Origin: Chlorokybus atmophyticus
Lineage: Eukaryota > Plantae > Mesostigma and Chlorokybus algae
Assembly (NCBI GenBank): GCA_009103225.1
Contig: RHPI01003009.1
Coordinates: 601,354-665,353, forward strand
DNA: 64,000 bases
Direction of reading: 5' to 3'
Made by a program: the position numbers and the translations under genes. Under the pieces are notes generated by a model. That model saw only the letters and a list, made by a program, of their open reading frames with translations. It did no database searches and was not told where the DNA came from. Positions 61,301 through 64,000 of this stretch are shown piece by piece (position 1 is the first letter of the stretch; each line of letters opens with the position of its first letter).

Positions 61301-64000
61301 CTAAACTGCAGCCATCTGCTTTGCCAATGAACAAACGGGAGGCTCATCGCGTGCCCATGGCGCTGTCTCCTCAAATATGTGGCCAATGCGCAGAAGCTCC
61401 GCCTACATTACAGGAGTACAATTGTAATTGCATCGCTTCAAGTAAGTGTTGGAAGAAAGCAGCGTGACCTTACCTCAGCAAAAGCGCGACCAGTGAGCTG
61501 AAGACCAATGGGTAATCGCCCTTCAGTACTGCTGCTGAAGCCAGCTGGCATTGCCAGTGCCGGCAAGCCTGACCAAGCACACAATCATCTCAAACTCCAT
61601 ACATAAGACTGTTCAGACGAGGCAGCTGGCTAGAGAAGAAACGACCAAAGCATACCTGCAAGGTTGACATTGACGGTCATCAAGTCCCCGGCATACATGG
61701 AGAGGGGGTCCTTGACGTTGGCGCCCAGCATGTATGCAGGAGTGGGTGCCACCGGCGACAGAAGCACAGAGTACTCTTGCAACGCTGCTGTATAATCTCG
61801 CTGAATCAAAGTGCGGACCTGACGACCACAAACAAGTTACTATTGTGCCTCAAACAGAATTCTGCAACTACCTGGGTCTGACTTTACTCCAGTAACGAAG
61901 CGTAATACAAACTTGCCTGCTGTGCGCGTTTGTAGTAGGCGTCATAGTAGCCAGCAGACAAGGTGTATGTGCCGGTGAGGATGCGACGCTTTACTTCGGG
62001 ACCAAAACCGGTCGCCCGCGTGCGTGAGTACATGCTCACCAGATCTTCACCTGCGACCCTTGGGCCATACAACACGCCATCAAACCTGCGCGGCACAAGG
62101 CTTGATAAGGGTCTTGTGGTTTGCTACTGGGGAAGAAGCTACAATTACACTCTGTGATTTATGCATGTGCGCACGCATGCGCATATACACACGGATACGC
62201 AGGTGAGCGTATGTGTGCACACCTTGCAAGGTTGGAGCTTGCTTCAGCAGGCGCAAGCACATAGTAAGCTGGCAGCCCGCTGGCAAACGAGGGTAGGGAG
62301 ACCTCCGCGACACTCGCTCCCAACTCCTCCAAATGGGCAGCAGCTCGTCTCAGAGCGGATATCACTTCCTGATCAACTCCAGCACCCATTGTCTGCCAAA
62401 GGCAAGGATGTCACCGAGGATGTCACCAGTCAACAAAACTCTCCCCCAACAGAAGTCTCAGACAGATGACCACAGATACACGCCATGCCATTGCATGTAT
62501 CAAAGCGCAACAACTTGCATCAGTGTGTTTTGTCAGCAGCTGCATACCTCTTTGATGATGCCGACTCGCATGCCCTGCAGCGGTCTGCTGTCTAGCTCGC
62601 TTGCGGTCTGCAGGCCTGCTGTGTATTCTGGCACTGCCATCTCAACAGACGTGGAGTCGTATTCATCCCTGCCTGTCACATACACCGAGCTGAGGCCGCA
62701 ACAACAATATTCTAATGACATGACGGTAACACACACCATACACGTCCCCACCTGCAATCACTTGCAACACCTCGGCGGTGTCGCTCACGGTCGTGCCCAG
62801 CACTCCAACAACGTCAAGGGAGGACGCGTACGCCACGAGGCCGTAACGGGAAACACGCCCGTAGGTGGGCTTCAACCCCACCACACTGACAGAGACAACA
62901 GTCAGGTGCATAGTTGTCAGCCTGCACTGCTACTCAGAAGCAAACTTACTACTCCTCACCCGCAGTATGATGCAGGCTGCCGCACGCTGCCACCCGTATC
63001 ACTCCCAAGCGCAATAGGGCACTGGCGTGCAGCAACAGCAGAAGCGCTCCCTCCGCTTGAACCGCCAGGCACCCTTGACACATCCCACGGGTTGGCTGTC
63101 ACCTGAACACACGCAGAAACTTTGTCGTTGGACTGCAAGTTGGTCACTACCGCAGATTGCACAGCCAAAGATGGCCACTTCAAGCCTTGAATATAGGAAT
63201 TTTTGCCATGCCTTATAGTCTGAGCCCTCTGTGGTGCTGCCCATTCCAAACGCGTCACAGTTTGTTTTGCCAATGATCACGGCGCCGGCGGCCTTCAGCC
63301 TAGCGACCTGTGGTGATGACAACAGTCCAGATATGTGGAAGCAGCAGTTGCACTGTGACTGTTTTAATGAGGTGGATTACCAAAGGACAACGTGCACGTA
63401 CCGCGTGAGCGTCGTAGGGTGGGCGGTACCCAGCGAGGACCTTTGACCCGCATGTGGTGAGCACGCCATCCGTGCACAGGTTGTCTTTGATGCACACCGG
63501 TACGCCCGCCAGTGGCAGTGCTTTGATGGTTTCAGGGTTTCTGTCTTTCAGCAGGTCATCTATGCGAGCAGCTTGTGAGCGCACCTCATCATTGTCCAAA
63601 ACCTGCACCATAGGAGTGTATTGCATGCTGCGTATCGCTACATACTACATGAACAAGGTGCCAACATCACTTGAGGCTGATTAGAATTGCCTAGATGCAT
63701 GCAAGCTCGCAGTGCTTGCAGGACACCCAACATTATCCAGGGACCCAGTTGTGTTTGACAGGTCACCAAGAGATACACGTACACCTCATCAACACCCAGA
63801 TGAGCAAAGACACGATACTTGTCAGGTAGCATGCAGTCAAAGTCGTCTAACCACGTGGTTTCCTTGGCGTTGGCAGCACGCATGACACACAGTCACTCAC
63901 AGTGATGAAACTGTTTAGCTGCGGCTCAACGCTGCGCAGACGCTGCAGCCACTCAGCTGCAACCTCCGCGGCGCTACGTCTGCGGCTGGTGACATCCTCC
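61301..64000 (-). CDS. gatA: Glutamyl-tRNA(Gln) amidotransferase subunit A, organellar; 5' end beyond the window
   Basis: [11 protein letters not shown]; [15 protein letters not shown]; [14 protein letters not shown]; [18 protein letters not shown]; [14 protein letters not shown]; [25 protein letters not shown]|VR; DPLSMYAGD; GLPA..LPIGLQ. Confidence 0.96.

Noticed and set aside
17689-62469. Many ORF-track entries rich in VCVC/HTHT/ARAR
   Set aside because: These are translations of intronic RY tracts or antisense shadows of real exons.
1-64000. tRNA, rRNA or snoRNA genes and telomeric arrays
   Set aside because: No cloverleaf, rRNA or convincing C/D box structure was seen by eye; telomere-like motifs are isolated single units. 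A tRNAscan/Infernal run would be needed to exclude them.

Overview
Eukaryotic nuclear DNA from a compact, intron-rich genome using the standard code. Gene content, a plant-type tRNA-iMet primer site and telo-boxes point to a green-lineage alga; the species cannot be determined from sequence alone. Bases 1 to ~18.4 kb are a cluster of decayed transposons: a tyrosine-recombinase (DIRS/Crypton-type) pseudogene, a full-length PIF/Harbinger element (37-bp TIRs, Myb/SANT and DDE nuclease genes), a full-length degenerate Ty1/Copia element (LTRs, 5-bp TSD, half-tRNA PBS), and scrambled Ty3/Gypsy remnants. The Gypsy remnants carry a protease, an integrase with a PHD finger, an LTR-like segment and what looks like the N-terminal motif of a cytosine-5 DNA methyltransferase. 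From ~18.8 to 64 kb lie 13 tightly packed host genes: AIDA, HROB, mS35, FolB, GET4, SDHAF3, a 412-aa orphan ORF, BolA2, a bacterial-type CreA, HUB1/BRE1, uL4m, a RAP-domain protein and an ENTH/epsin, plus the 3' part of a 14th, GatA. Best leads: the retrotransposon-borne methyltransferase motif with a PHD reader and CpG decay of nearby LTRs, the intron-bearing CreA gene, five GC-AG introns, and CpG-island-like head-to-head promoters. All family calls come from manual translation and motif recall, with no database searches. Exon boundaries were read by hand.
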